A stretch of DNA of 64,000 nt, taken from assembly GCA_030141605.1 (NCBI GenBank), contig JAQGDQ010000013.1, positions 1 to 64,000 of the forward strand. The letters are read 5' to 3'. Shown here in pieces: positions 51,040-64,000 of the stretch. Position 1 is the first letter of the stretch. Every line of letters starts with the position of its first letter. The notes under the pieces are model-generated. The model had not been told where the DNA came from. It worked only from the letters and a program-made list of their open reading frames with translations, and made no database searches. A program made the position numbers and the translations under genes. The stretch comes from Tubiluchus corallicola (Eukaryota > Animalia > Priapulida).

Positions 51040-54000
51040 ACAAATTATTATTGTTATGTTAATTTAAGGTTCGGATATTCAACCAAAACGGCTGTTGCAA
51101 TTTAAGTACAAGTATTAAGTTTGTCATTTTAATATAAGTGTATAACCGAGGTGTTATTTTATTGACTGACTGAGGATCTTGTGAGGCGGACTGGCTCAAG
51201 CAGCCAAAAACAGGAGAGGGACATATCGTTGAGCTCCGTGACTAAAAGAGAACTATTTTAGTACCAACATATCAATTTATATGTATGCATTTTCCTAAAA
51301 TAATAGCTACTGCATTAAATTGGCACCACCTGGATAGGCATGAACCAGGAAAGCTGTTTGTGAATATGTTGGTCTGATAAGAGGTATTTTTGTGATCCGA
51401 AAATAATTACTAGCAGATAAAATAAAAAAATTGGTATTCCTGGTTGTTTGTGAATAATAAATTGAGTTTGAGATATCTGCATAATACAAACCCACGGGTA
51501 AACAGCACGATTGTATCACACAGGTAAGCCAAGGTGAAGTTAGCATACATCCTGCTAATGTTGCCTGTCTAGCGAACCTGAAGCACAGATGATAATACTT
51601 CCCGCGTTAGCTGATGCGAATAATGATTTTATATAAAATTAATAAAACAACCACTTTTTGAACTTTCACTTATGAAGTTCATCTGTTACGAAGTTACATT
51701 AAAATCGCAGTTCATGTGTAAAGCTTTCATTTGCGCATGTTTGAATCTTATTAACTAACTGGGTTGACTTCTAGATCTTGAAAGACGTATAAAATAGTCT
51801 GCCTTCGCGCCTCTCCACCATTCTGTTTCATCATAATATCGAAATTTGAATGTCAGATTTGCTGTTTCGAATACATGTAATGGTATTTCCCGAAAGAGAT
51901 TTTGCAGAATAAAACTGGTTTGTGGATTAAATTCACTTTTTTATATTACTAATACTGAGTAGGTGGATAAGAAGGGACTTTTTTGAACAAATTCAATTTA
52001 TTAATACTCAATCGAAAACGTGACAATAATCCAAAATATATAACAATGTGCAAGACTGCAATGCTCACCTGTGCACCATGTTAGGCTTTTTATCATAGCT
52101 CTGGTAAATAAACTAAGACAAGAATGTAGGCCTACCAATAATTAAACTTGAATCAGAGTAATGACGTGCTGTGACAGAGTTCATACTCATTGAAAATTAT
52201 CTAATTAATAATTATTAAATTATTATAGAAAAACTGCATATTTCGCAGACTGGAAAATGTACCGCAACTTGCGAAGCATGGGCAAACAAAAAGTATCAAA
52301 ATTTTCTCATTTGTTTTTGGAAATGGCAATGTATGTGCCCTTACATACAGTGATTTAATTTTGTCGCGCAATAGGCAACAACATGATATCAGACAGTGGT
52401 GTAAGCGCAAAGAGCTTTTTCAGTCTTTGCATGTGAAATTCTGCGTGTTTATGCGATTGCGGTACAGTCGAGTATATTGATCAAATAAATACCGGCACTA
52501 GACTGTAACTCTGGAACCAGTCTCTGTCAGGGCGTATACCGGGTGCACCCCCAAGCAACGGATGCCTTTCCGTTTAGTGGGGAGCTCTTTTGATGCAATG
52601 ACGAGGATATTATTTCATACCTAAGCCTCCGTAACTCTTACAAGATGTGTATCTTTTTGACCCCCTTCCCTTGGCTCTCCCTTGAGAGAGGAACAATGTA
52701 CCCGTACTAAAAGCATTATGCAAATCGCACACAGACAGGAAGCAGCAAGTCACCATTCACGCCAGATTGCTGGAACATATTATTACTACTCATTGCGTAT
52801 AGTACGTGCTAATACGCCTAAGATCTTTTGACTAGTAATCATTGTGGGTGTGGGAAATGAGTAGGGAATCTGACAAACTAGAAATTCACAAACCAAAACT
52901 CGCGACTAGTCAGTTTGATTAACTTTACTAAACATCAATGCCGTTAACTTAAAATGATATAAAAATTTTCAAACCGAGAAGAAGCAAACTTCTTCGCTTC
53001 ACAACAGTTCATTCTAGCTACTGTTTTATTGGGTTCATATTATTCTGTGTTCATTCATTGTGTAAGCGAGGAGCGAACACCTCAGAATCTCAATAAAATT
53101 CACAGTTACAGTGACTTTGAACAAGTAATTTACTCTGGACATTACGTGACATGTTTCCCTCTAAGGCTTCCATGCATATACAATTGTTGTGAACTGCTGT
53201 ACTCAATTGAATATTCTATTTAGGCCTTACTTGCTGAACAACATCCAAACATTGTTTCTTTTATTTTATTGACAACATCATAACCTAATTGGTAATATAT
53301 ACGATAAAAGAAGTGAAGTATATTATATTAGCATAAACGAGTTTTAATAAGTTTAGTCAGTACGTGACTAGAATATGTGCTTTCAGTATCTGTGAAAGCC
53401 AGCCTGAGGACAGCAGAAGAAATTTTCTGATGTATGAACTGCTTCAGGTAAAAAGATGAGGAATATTTTAATTAGAAAATGTACTAAGCTGAAAAAATTG
53501 AAATTGAGTGATTGCTGTGGCAGCATAAGTTCAAAGGGCTGATCCTTCAATTCTTTCACTTATTTGCCAAACTGGGCCCTAGAAAAATGGTAGGCAGCGA
53601 TCAATGTAACAACTGCTTAATTAAAAACTCACAGTGAATTAATGAAGAGTGAAAATCATCATCTTCACTACAATCATTTACAGCTCACTTCTTTGTTGTA
53701 AACATTGAACTGGTAAGGTCTTAACGTAAACATAATCGAGGGAGTGATTTATCGGCGTATATTTTTGAAGTGGCTCAGTTTGAATGTTTCTTTTTGGCTG
53801 TGAATTTAATAAATTAGTAGGTGTATTCAAATGCGGGTGAATTTCAATTTTATGAAAATTTGCAGTGATTCAGTAAAATTGACGACCATTCCTATGACTT
53901 CGCCTTGCCCTGGATACATCACATCTCACAAAACTTATCTTTCAATTTGTTTACAGTTTTTTTTTAGAAAAACTAGAATAAGCAAATAATCGTTTTTTTT

Positions 54001-54900
54001 TGTAAATTGCCTATGACCCACATTGCTGATCCGTAAAAACCTCAATTTACTAAAATTACCAGCATTATGTTTTTAATACGTTACAATACAAACAAATTAT
54101 GGAATGACCCAAAACAAACATGTAATTCATAAATACAGGTACACAGTATCAATTAAGTGTATTTAGCTTACATATAAACGGCTTGCGAACTGCGATTGTC
54201 TATAATTGCTCACGAGTGGCTGGGCCCGGTAGAAGAGGCAGTCTTGGACAAAAATATAAGATAGTTACACATTGGAAAATATATGTCAATACACAACTAC
54301 ACCGATACAGTACTGTATTTGAGTTAGTGAGTTCGTGTCTTTCTTGACTTTCTGAAGGCACGAAGCTTACGTAATGGTTCCTGTTGCATTGGACAAAACT
54401 TAATTCGATTAGATAAGTTTGCTGTTTACGGCATGACTGTGTCTAGTGCTGTTATCACCTTTCAGTCTCAAGGCTTTAGCCTTTGTCACTCTGTATAAGT
54501 TCCTCATAATAATTACTTGCCACCAGTTTACATCTCTACAGATGCCTCAGGGTTTCTAAGAAAATCAAAACAGGTTACTACAAAAATCTTTACCTTCTTG
54601 CCCCTTGAAGCATGTTGTACAACTTCCAAATTCGTTTTGCTATTTCTTTAAGACTGGTTAAGCAATGCTTTAATACATGACTTTTGATTTTTTTGAAAAA
54701 AATGTGGTCGTTGGAAAATGTCGTGATCTGATAACTTTATATCTGATGATGATCATGAAACTTCATAAGAATGTACTAGAGCAATTCAAATTCTTTATCT
54801 GCCATTTTGAATTCTAGATGGCAGCAAAAACATTTTCGAGAAAGGCTTAAGGCACCACCAATTCGCAACGGAATAACCCACAGTAATATACATATACACA

Positions 54901-55876
54901 TTAAGAGATAATTGTGGTATAACCGAGAGTGAGAAAGTTTTAATAGTTTCTCAAGCATATGTGTGTGTGTGGGGGGGGGGGGGGCGTGCGTGTGTGTATA
55001 TACTAAAACGAATTCTGCATCGATTGACAGAGTCGGATTTTCGATTTACCATCTTAAAGGCAAGTTGGCGGCATTAACGTCGTTTCTAATCCTCGATCTT
55101 AAGTTTAGCCAGTCCCATCGAGTCCAGCTTATTGAACTAAAATCACCAGCATGGACGACTCACAACTTTTTGAAATAAATGAAGTGAAATAAAGGAACTG
55201 AAGAGGTGTGTCAATTCTGTGTCTCTTAACCTTTTGGAAAAGTAAATTTACTAAATATTGTTATTACTACCAAATTGTACTTTTTAAGAAAAACCCGTTT
55301 CGAACTTTCTCAACTGCGCTAAACGCAGCTTTGCAGAATGTAGACTATTGTCGGGCTTTTTCCAAGTACAGGAAGTAAAACGATGTATTACAAGCTGAAT
55401 ATTGCACCTACTAGGAAGTCATTAAGGATCAAGCATTAGTTACGTGAGAAACTGTAACACTGTAATAAGTGTATGTAAGTTCAACGTAATTACTTATGGT
55501 CGTTTGTTTGTAATCTACTGTCACTGTTAGCTATTAGAAATTCTTTTTGTGAAGCACTCACAGGCTATTGCAGCGAGCTACTAGTTGGAAAGATTACAAG
55601 TTACTCAGACGAAACGTCTGTCTAAATTGTTATTAGTATTTGTGCGTGAGATTTTCTGATATTTATGAACAACTAAGAACACATCAATTGAATGTTAAAT
55701 TTGGGGTGTCATTGTGGCTTGAATTACTCCAGATTCTTTCTCACAATTCTTGCTTGTGTTTAGTCTAGTCAGGCATCAACTTTATTAATAATAAAAGACA
55801 GTGAATAGTCGATACGCTTTAAGAGATAATTGTGGTATAACCGAGAGTGAGAAAGTTTTAATAGTTTCTCAAGCAT
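54901..55876 (+). repeat. perfect 58-bp direct repeat (54901-54958 and 55819-55876)
   Basis: ttaagagataattgtggtataaccgagagtgagaaagttttaatagtttctcaagcat is identical in both copies. Confidence 0.95.
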
Positions 55877-57169
55877 GTAGCTACCTCGTCGAAGTGTTGC
55901 TCTTGGAAAGTTGAATATTTAGATTGTATCTCACGGAGAGTCAAGGGTCACTTACGAATTTAACTTCCTCTCACTCTACACAGTTCACTGGATGGGTTCA
56001 CTCTATATTGCTTTTAGGAGAATTATTAAGCACTTGAGTCTTGACATGCTTGCCACAAAGTTTTTCGGTACTTCATTATCATCAGAGTTGTTGCTACTTA
56101 ATATCATTATTATAACACCAAGTACGCCATCGTCTGATTATTATCGCGGCCGTCATCAAGGTGTGTATAAGCTGTAATAAACCTGTAAAAGTTAAAAGTG
56201 GAGTGTAAACGAATGTTAGAGGAAGAAGAATTACGCATCAGAACGAATGTAGATGAATAAATAACAATAAAAGACAACCAGTTTGTAAATCTGCAATATA
56301 TTGCTGAATCCTGATAAAGAAAATTGAAACGTTCCTGAGCAGAAGTCTTCTCTTTTGACCTGCAACGATTATAATGCATATTTTTTTGTTCTTTCTCCTT
56401 CATTTTCTTGTCTTGCACTTATCGTAAAGTCTGTCATTGATTTGAGTCTCTCAAACTTCTGCGAATTTTATTTAATCTGATTTAATTAAAAAGCTAAAAA
56501 TGCCCACCCCGGGACTCGTCACCTGTTAAATTCTGTTTGTAATAGACCTCTGTGGGTCTAATCTGTAAGCAGGTGTACGTTGAGAAGTTTGAAGCAGCTG
56601 TGTTTACCTGGCTACACAGAAAAAAATTTCAATGTCCTCAGTATGGCTAGTTTTTAGCTACGAGATGCCACGTTTTTTACATTATATTTTACATTGTGCT
56701 TTTGCATACTAGTGTAGGAGTATGGAGGCGCGGAAACTACTATGTGTAGATAAATTAAGGCCCGCATTCTTCTCCTGATATCGGATGGTTACGATTTTGC
56801 ATAGTCCACTTGAAAAGTTGCGTAGGTTTTCGAAACTCTAGTTGGTAATACTTTGTACCAGTGCACGTTTCAACTTTCAATAAGGAAGCTAGACAAGAAG
56901 CTGTATAAATTACTTTAGGATATTTGAAAACTGTGCTTTCGAAAATATTGGAAAATGCAACGGCTAATTCTGTGTGTGTTGTAAACATATCTTAAGACGC
57001 ATTGGTAGTATGAGTATCCGTCTTAGGATCGCCACTACAAAGGACCGTTTTTGCGCAAATATGAGAAAAATGTTTGTAGTGTGCAAATCATACGGTTCAG
57101 TTGCAAAACAAATACTATGTTGTTAACTACTGAATGTCAGGCACCTTTGCATTGTATCATTTTTTGTTC

Positions 57170-57295
<126 letters not shown>

Positions 57296-60200
57296 CAGTT
57301 TTCTTTAAGCCTAATAAACTTGTAAGATTTTACTATAGTTGATACAGGTACCAAAATTAACTTCTGCGAATTTAATGCGAATAAAATGTTGTTGCAACAT
57401 TGCAAACACACTTCAGTTTTAGGCTTACCCAAATAGGTGCCACGTTAGCAATCAATACACCGTTGTTGCCATCTTTCCGGATAAAACCCCAGTTGATGCC
57501 ATTATTGATTTTTCTATAGTTTAGTTAACATGTCAACCCTGTGATACATTACTGTCCTGGAATCTCTCTCTTTGTTGCCATTGTTTTTGGGTAGTTCATA
57601 ACGAATGTATTTGCATGTCTTTATTAGTTATGAGCAATAATAATCTTCAAAATGATTTTATTCTGTAGCGCTACTCTCACGCTTTTATTGATTTGTTCTA
57701 TAGCTACAACTTTACATTGAAATAAAATGTAATTTTATCTTTTTCGATATGTTGCTGCGGGTTATTTGTAAATCCTAGGTATGGTGCCTCCATTGCAGTT
57801 TTATTGATTCTTATAACACAGCTCAGCATTGAAATAAATGTAATTGTACAAGGTATTTACACGGTTCATTTCCATATCTGGTTTCATGCAAGTCGTAATA
57901 ATATTCGACGATATTTTTACAATATGGTTCCCTTGAGCTTGTAAATCAGCCTGTGAGTTTTGACAGCTTTTCCAAGAATAAACTTCAGCTAGTTTGACAA
58001 GTTGTTCAATTAGATTTATTGGACATAGAACCTAGCGTTGTGGTTAACTCTTACAATGTCTGAAGATTTTGCACACATTATAATCTTTATAATGTAATTT
58101 GTATGCTTCTAACTCCTATAGGTCTCGTTTTATAGTTGTTAAGATTCGTTCTCTAGCCTTTCTCGTGTATCTGAACAAGCAACTTTTCCTTGCGTGTCTT
58201 GTTTGTCAATGCGATAGTATTTGTTTGTGTTACTGAAACTGAAAATTGTGGTATGTATAGGAACTGTGGAACATGACTGTATGTAAAAATCCTAGCTCAC
58301 CCAATCCTTGTTATGTGTAAATACTAATTAGTCAGCCAATCAGTGCTCGTGCCTCCTGCAGCACATCAGCTTTTTAATTATTTCTGTTCTTGAAAAAGAC
58401 GAATTGCAACGAACAACAGGAACGGATTTTGGGTAATGATCGTAGTTTGGGCTGAAGCCGCGAAACTCACGTGATCCATGGTCTTCTGTTTTTCTTTTGG
58501 GCAAAGGTTAACGTTTTATTCGACGTGTTAGTGGACTTCTCTCACCCCAGATTATCTATGACATTCTAAATATGTATTCTGCTTCTTGCATTTCTGCATG
58601 TTTCTTTTTTATTCATGTCGCCAGTAAAATAAGTCAAGCTGCCAATTCGCTAAAACACCTTGATTTTGTCTTTCAAACCAACTAATGCTGTTATGATATC
58701 ATCATCATCATCATCATTAAATTATATTGTTAGCAGTACTTCTCGAACGCCTCCAACTAGATCGAGTGTTATATTAGGCCTTACTGCTTTTTCTACTTGG
58801 AGCGCCATTTCAGCCATATAGCAAACTTGTAGCAACGCCCGCTGTGTGTGGAATTTTATCTCCCACGCATAATACACCAAATAAATACATTTACAAGAGA
58901 AAAATTCTGTGAATCGCGGCAATGAAATTTTATTGGTGAATTCTCATTTTATTCTGTAATTTCCTATTCATCTGTTGTAGCGGCCCCTAGAGGCATAATT
59001 TCTCTTCAATAATTTTTCCAGCTTTCAGCGCAAAACTTCGATGTGCATAATTACCAGCTTTAATTCCTAACCGATGTAATTTGCAAAGCAAATTTTATAG
59101 AAATGAAAAATGTTCGCATTTTCAAGAATGGCAAACAAGATGGGCTTGCAGTCGTTTATCAGCATCACCCTTATTTCGTTTAACTAATAACTAGACTAGT
59201 AATTCACCGAAACTTGGCTTGATTAAATAATAATGTAAAAATGTCATGTTTGCAAATGTTTTCGGCTAATTTATGATAATGGCATTGTTTTTGTTATAAT
59301 GAAATTTCAGTGTGAAATTCAAATTTGCGAACTGAGTTCGTGTAATTATTAATAATTGTTATTCCCATGTAGTGGCACGTTTGTCATGTATGTGGAACCA
59401 AATGATTTTGAAATCATTAATATATAATTTGGACAAGCTTTATGGATTAATGAAGCATTTTAAATTAGAAAGTTAAAAGAAACTTATGCGCTTTGTTAAA
59501 CTTGATGTGACTGTCTGACCGCACGTATTCAATCATATCTCGAGACACTTTTCTTCACTTTTAAAAAGTGAAAGTTGATGCAAAGTCGTTTTAAAAAACT
59601 GTCCTCTTTTTTGTCTAGTGTAATTAACGAGTATTTTGAGATTCCTTGCAGTTACTTTGTGTCTTTTGACCTCGTATAATATTAAAAACTGTTTCTGTAT
59701 AATGTTATTTTTGTTTTCTCATTACCTAGTCGTACACACTTACCAATAAAGAAGCCCCATTCAGATACCGCCAAGAGCAAACCATTCGTTGCACAGTAAA
59801 GGGGGAGGGAACGGTCATACACGCAGCTTGGTTAAAAATTAAATTCCATTTTACTTTGATGTGGTATTTTGAGACTGGTTATCAGTCTTTTTGAAAATAA
59901 TTTAAAGTCGCACTTGTAATTTGCGTGCATCAGATGCGCCTGCGCACAACTGTTACATGTTATTAGGTTTCATCCGTTTCTTGCACAAACACTTCCCTTT
60001 ATAGCTCTGTATTTACTCAATTTTTGTTCAATATTTAATTCTTGCTGGCTAGCTGCCATGTTATTGATTATCACTATAATACGACATTATATTATGCAGT
60101 ATAATAGTCCTATATTTGCTTCACCACAATATAGATGTACAGCGTGTGCCTTTAGAGTAAGTCGGGCTGGATTGGATCGAATCAGATCGAATTGGGCATC

Positions 60201-61828
60201 GTGCAAAGTCGGCCTAGGATGGTTCATGTTAGATCAGATTAGGTTAAATTAAGATTAAAGGGTCAATCTGTAAATAAAAAACGTAATAAAGGTTTGCGCT
60301 GCAGTTACATGCATATTAATAGGTGAATATATTTTAATTCTGTACACCATTCCTTGTTTTGTTCGGTCTTACGCTTATCTTATTTTAGTTAACTTTATTG
60401 CTGTATTATTGTTTAATTTTATTCTGACATTCTCTTTGTTTGACCGCTCATTTAGAAATTTTACATTGGTCAGATTATTCACCTTTAGTATAGCGATAAA
60501 AGGTCAAAAGTCAGTGTCACTGTATTACACCCATTCACAGTTTCGCAGTCTGTATGTTATTTCATGATGCAAGTTGCAGAGTGACCATGTTCATACTTGC
60601 TGGTTAAGTTTCACTCATTTCGCCTGCGGTGTTAAAAACGTGTTTTCAAGAGTACAGCTTAAATTTTCAATTCCGCCGACGCTCAAAATAACTGAGTCAT
60701 GTTAAATACACAAACGTTGTCAATAGCACGAAAGGACACTTTTACCTTAGTTTACAATACTGCTTAGCTAAGGTAATACTGATGAATAGATTTATATAAA
60801 TTTTAACATCAGTAAATTTTGTTTTGGTTGGCAAACTAGACTAACTCTTTGACTTTGTTTCGTGTTACACTAGCAACTTTTTGTATAAATTTAATAAACG
60901 GCTAGAATCTAGTCGTATTGCAGCATGTAGGCCTAATTGCATGTTATATCAAAATAGAGGCTAACTAAGTCTGATAAATATTTTTATTTCTAAACTAATG
61001 ATTCTAAGGACCCGATAGTGGTCCATAATGCATGCATTATACGGCTAAAACCACTTGGATAAACCGATTTCTTTTAGAACTTTCTTTTTTTTAAATCTGA
61101 ACACTGGTGACATAACTCTTTCCTGTGTCTTGGCGGCGTGCAGTCTGTACTGTGGAAGCAATCCACTCACCATAACGTGCAGTCAGTCATAGATTTCTTC
61201 ACGAGCAATGGGCAAGCTTAAAACGACCACAGATCCTTGTTAGCTGTTCACAATTTAATCGATAACTGCATGCTGGTGGTGATAATAATTGACTTTGCAA
61301 GACAAACCGTCTTGGCTTCTTAGGAAATGCTTAGTCGCCTAACGGTTGACACAGGGGGATGTTAGAGTGCTGTCTCGGGTTACTTCAGGCTCGAGACAAT
61401 TCAAATCAAACTAAACAATCAGTGTCATTGTGTTTGGTCTCTTCACTCTGTAGTACTGTTTAATTGCTCTAGTTCAAGTTTTCGACTAGTAGCTGTAGTG
61501 TTAGCTGGGGACTTTTATACTTTTAAAATCGCCATTTAGCAAAGTGACTGCTACGAGAATAGTGGTAGGTCACAATTTGTTTAGATATACCGTCATTAGT
61601 GCACTGAATTTAACTGTATATTTGATCAGACTTTTAACCACTTGTAAGACCTGAAAGTACCTGGAGTTTCCCAATCCTGACATTACATGCTAAAAATTAA
61701 ATTTTGTAATAAAAATTGTAAGCCATGATAAGCAGCAGGTTAGTCTTTTGCCTGTTTCTTGAAAGGATTCTCAGTTTAATCACTAAATCACAGTAAAACA
61801 TTGAATTAATGATTTCTGTTATTTTCAG

Positions 61829-61888
61829 ATGAAGGATGGGACGTTAATGACAGATATATCTAGTTCAGCTGCAACTATAGCGGGAAAG
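61829..61888 (+). CDS. ArfGAP1: ArfGAP1 coding exon 9 (MKDGTLMTDISSSAATIAGK, start of ALPS2)
   Basis: Aligns to mammalian VKEGKIFDDVSSGVSQLASK. attttcAG / AAG|gtgagt, 60 nt, phase 0. Confidence 0.93.
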
Positions 61889-62743
61889 GTGAGTTTATTT
61901 TAAATTGTCAAATTTTTAAATTGATATAATTAATAAATTCTTGCGAAAATATATTTTGACAAAAAAAGTTAACATATGCAACTGTTTGAGAATTTTAGGT
62001 ATCAGAGACTGTGCAAAATGCTGAAAAATCATGAGTTTCTACATCTATGTTTATCTTTTTGGATTGCAACCTTTTTATCTGAAATGCTGAAATGTTTGTT
62101 TTATTTTAATAAGTTGTCTAATAAATAAATTGAATTTATTTATTTAATTCAATATAAATTTTAATTTAATTACTTTTATATCATGTAATATGATTTAATT
62201 TAGAGTGCTTAATTTATTCACGTTAGCGTAAGCAGCACCAATTATTTTGTGCATTACTGTATGAGCATGTAGAGTACCTGTTCCGCTTACTGGGAGTACA
62301 GTGCTTGTGTCACCTTTCTGCAGTCTAGGTTTTTCATTTAATTAATAAGATAATTACTAATTGGTACTGGGGCAGTTTATTGAAACAGCAGCAAAGTGAG
62401 TAGTATGTCTGCATCTGCACAGCTTATGTCCACCACAGCAAACTGCTTTAGAGAGAATTAATGATACTACTAAACTGTGCATTGCCTTATTGACCATGAA
62501 ACATAATCGTTTGGTAAGTTCTTTTTAAAGTGTTTCATGATGTGGAATTTTAAAATTAATACGATTCTATTAAACACAAAATTAGCCTTTTAAAAACTGT
62601 GCCTGTTGGGTAGCACAAGAAATGTGTTTTTAGGTGGCAAAGTGAATGAATGAACATGTATCATTTTTTCTTCATAATGAAATAAAAATGCCACCATTCA
62701 AGTTTTACATTTTAATAGATTTCAACCTGGTTTTGCTTTGCAG

Positions 62744-62901
62744 GTAGCAGACACAAGTGTGAAAGCATACCAAGACATTTCTAGCGTTTTTGTTGACAAG
62801 AAAACTACGCTGGACACGGTGAACACGTCTCCGAAAGAGGAGTCTAAACTTCTATACGGGACACAAACTACCGCAGCACAGAAACAGTGGCAGCAACGCA
62901 G
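62744..62901 (+). CDS. ArfGAP1: ArfGAP1 coding exon 10 (VADTSVKAYQDISSVFVDKK...QWQQR); 3' boundary uncertain
   Basis: Aligns to VQGVGSKGWRDVTTFF. Acceptor ctttgcAG. It ends either at the donor CAG|gtagac (62901) or at the in-frame TAG 62903-62905. Confidence 0.85.
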
Positions 62902-63343
62902 GTAGACAACAACAGCACGAAATGCGTGTCAAATTGAATTTTAAATTAAGCATAACACCATTAAGCTTACTAATGATAGTAACAGCAATAGCCTTACCAA
63001 TATCAATTACATCAGCAATAACAAATGTAACAAAAACAAAGCAATAATCACTACAGTAGCAATAGCTTGACTTTAAACACTGGTATTGTTGTTCTAAAAA
63101 CACGTCATTTTCTGCACCATTGCATGTCTGTGTGTAAACATTGCATACCCAATTTTTAATGCAAATTTAATTCTTTTTAACAAGAATAGTGGCAATTAAT
63201 GAAAAAAAATCCCACAATCTAGAAACAAGGAAAGGGTATGACATGTCACATTGTTGCTATAGTTTTCATTAGGCGAAAGAATAGAAAAGGAGAAAAAAAA
63301 GATCAAATGAAATACTAATATCAATTTTTATGGAGTTTTTCTG

Positions 63344-63392
63344 CAAAATTAGTATTAGTAATTAATCTACAAAATTAGTATTAGTAATTAAT
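63344..63392. repeat. short tandem duplication
   Basis: caaaattagtattagtaattaat occurs twice, separated by cta. Confidence 0.85.
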
Positions 63393-64000
63393 GTGATCTT
63401 TTTTTTGCTTAATTTTTAACATAAAATGAGTACAGCACCAGTTCAAAATGGTCGTGCCCTTTCCTCGTTTGGGATATGTTTCATTAATTCCCACTTTTTT
63501 CCTGGAATTTTCTAGAAAATGAATCCTAGCTGTGACTTTTCATCTGCCCGCTCTCTTGTTTTGCCAAATACAGTTGCTGTCTGTTTGGGTGATTGCAGGC
63601 AATGAACAGATAAATACTTTTTCGATTTTTATGCTTCGGAGACTAGTGTTTTAGTAAATGAGTTTATTATTAAGCAAGCGCGTCTTCATTATAACTAAAA
63701 CAACCATGGAATTTTCCTGGAGTAGCAACGTTCTGCAGTCTTTATATCGGGGAAAATTAGGTGAAACAGCTTTATAGTCCACAGCTTGGCAAATTGGATT
63801 TTATGGGCTGTTACCAATAAAGCCAAGTTAATGTAGCGTCTAATAATTGCAGGACTTGTAATTGTTTCTACAACATTAAACAGTTATGGTTAGTTTCGGT
63901 AGCAAGCAGCATGGTTATTTCCTGTTTGTCAACTAATACATCTTTTATTATTAGTACTGCTATAATAGTAGGACTAGCTGAAAAAGCCAGTGGATTATTT

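Noticed and set aside
54736-54780. CTGATGA...GAAAC hammerhead-like core
   Set aside because: Helix II is too short and helix I cannot form.
60160-60258. Pentamer-periodic stretch (ggatt/agatc/aaatt)
   Set aside because: Looks like a decayed simple repeat with no further structure.
62852-63103. Cys-rich minus-strand ORF
   Set aside because: Antisense to ArfGAP1 exon 10 and to an AAC/AGC-rich low-complexity tract.

Overview
AT-rich, intron-rich eukaryotic DNA, most likely from an invertebrate animal; the species cannot be determined from the sequence. It holds two divergently oriented genes. On the minus strand is a GT10 alpha-1,3-fucosyltransferase with an uninterrupted CDS (821..~2230) and a probable multi-exon 5'UTR reaching ~8.6-9.8 kb. 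On the plus strand is ArfGAP1, for which I could splice ten coding exons in frame (11457..~62901): the zinc-finger GAP domain, ALPS1 and ALPS2, with the 3' end probably outside the window. The three ArfGAP1 introns in the ALPS region are very large (~6.7, ~17 and ~20.6 kb). They carry many decayed transposons (hAT and TTAA-type MITEs, a tRNA-derived SINE, HINE-like pieces) and several splice-signal-supported cryptic exons. These include a 12-nt microexon with a UGC-rich acceptor, a 75-nt cassette, a 20+61-nt frame-restoring pair, a 66-nt cassette, a poison exon, a recursive AG/GT site, and an ATG-containing exon that could give a GAP-less isoform. This candidate exon array is the most interesting signal, but it is inference and needs RNA evidence. 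An internally deleted Tigger/pogo element and Gypsy and RTE remnants lie elsewhere. No CRISPR array, rRNA or intact tRNA was seen.
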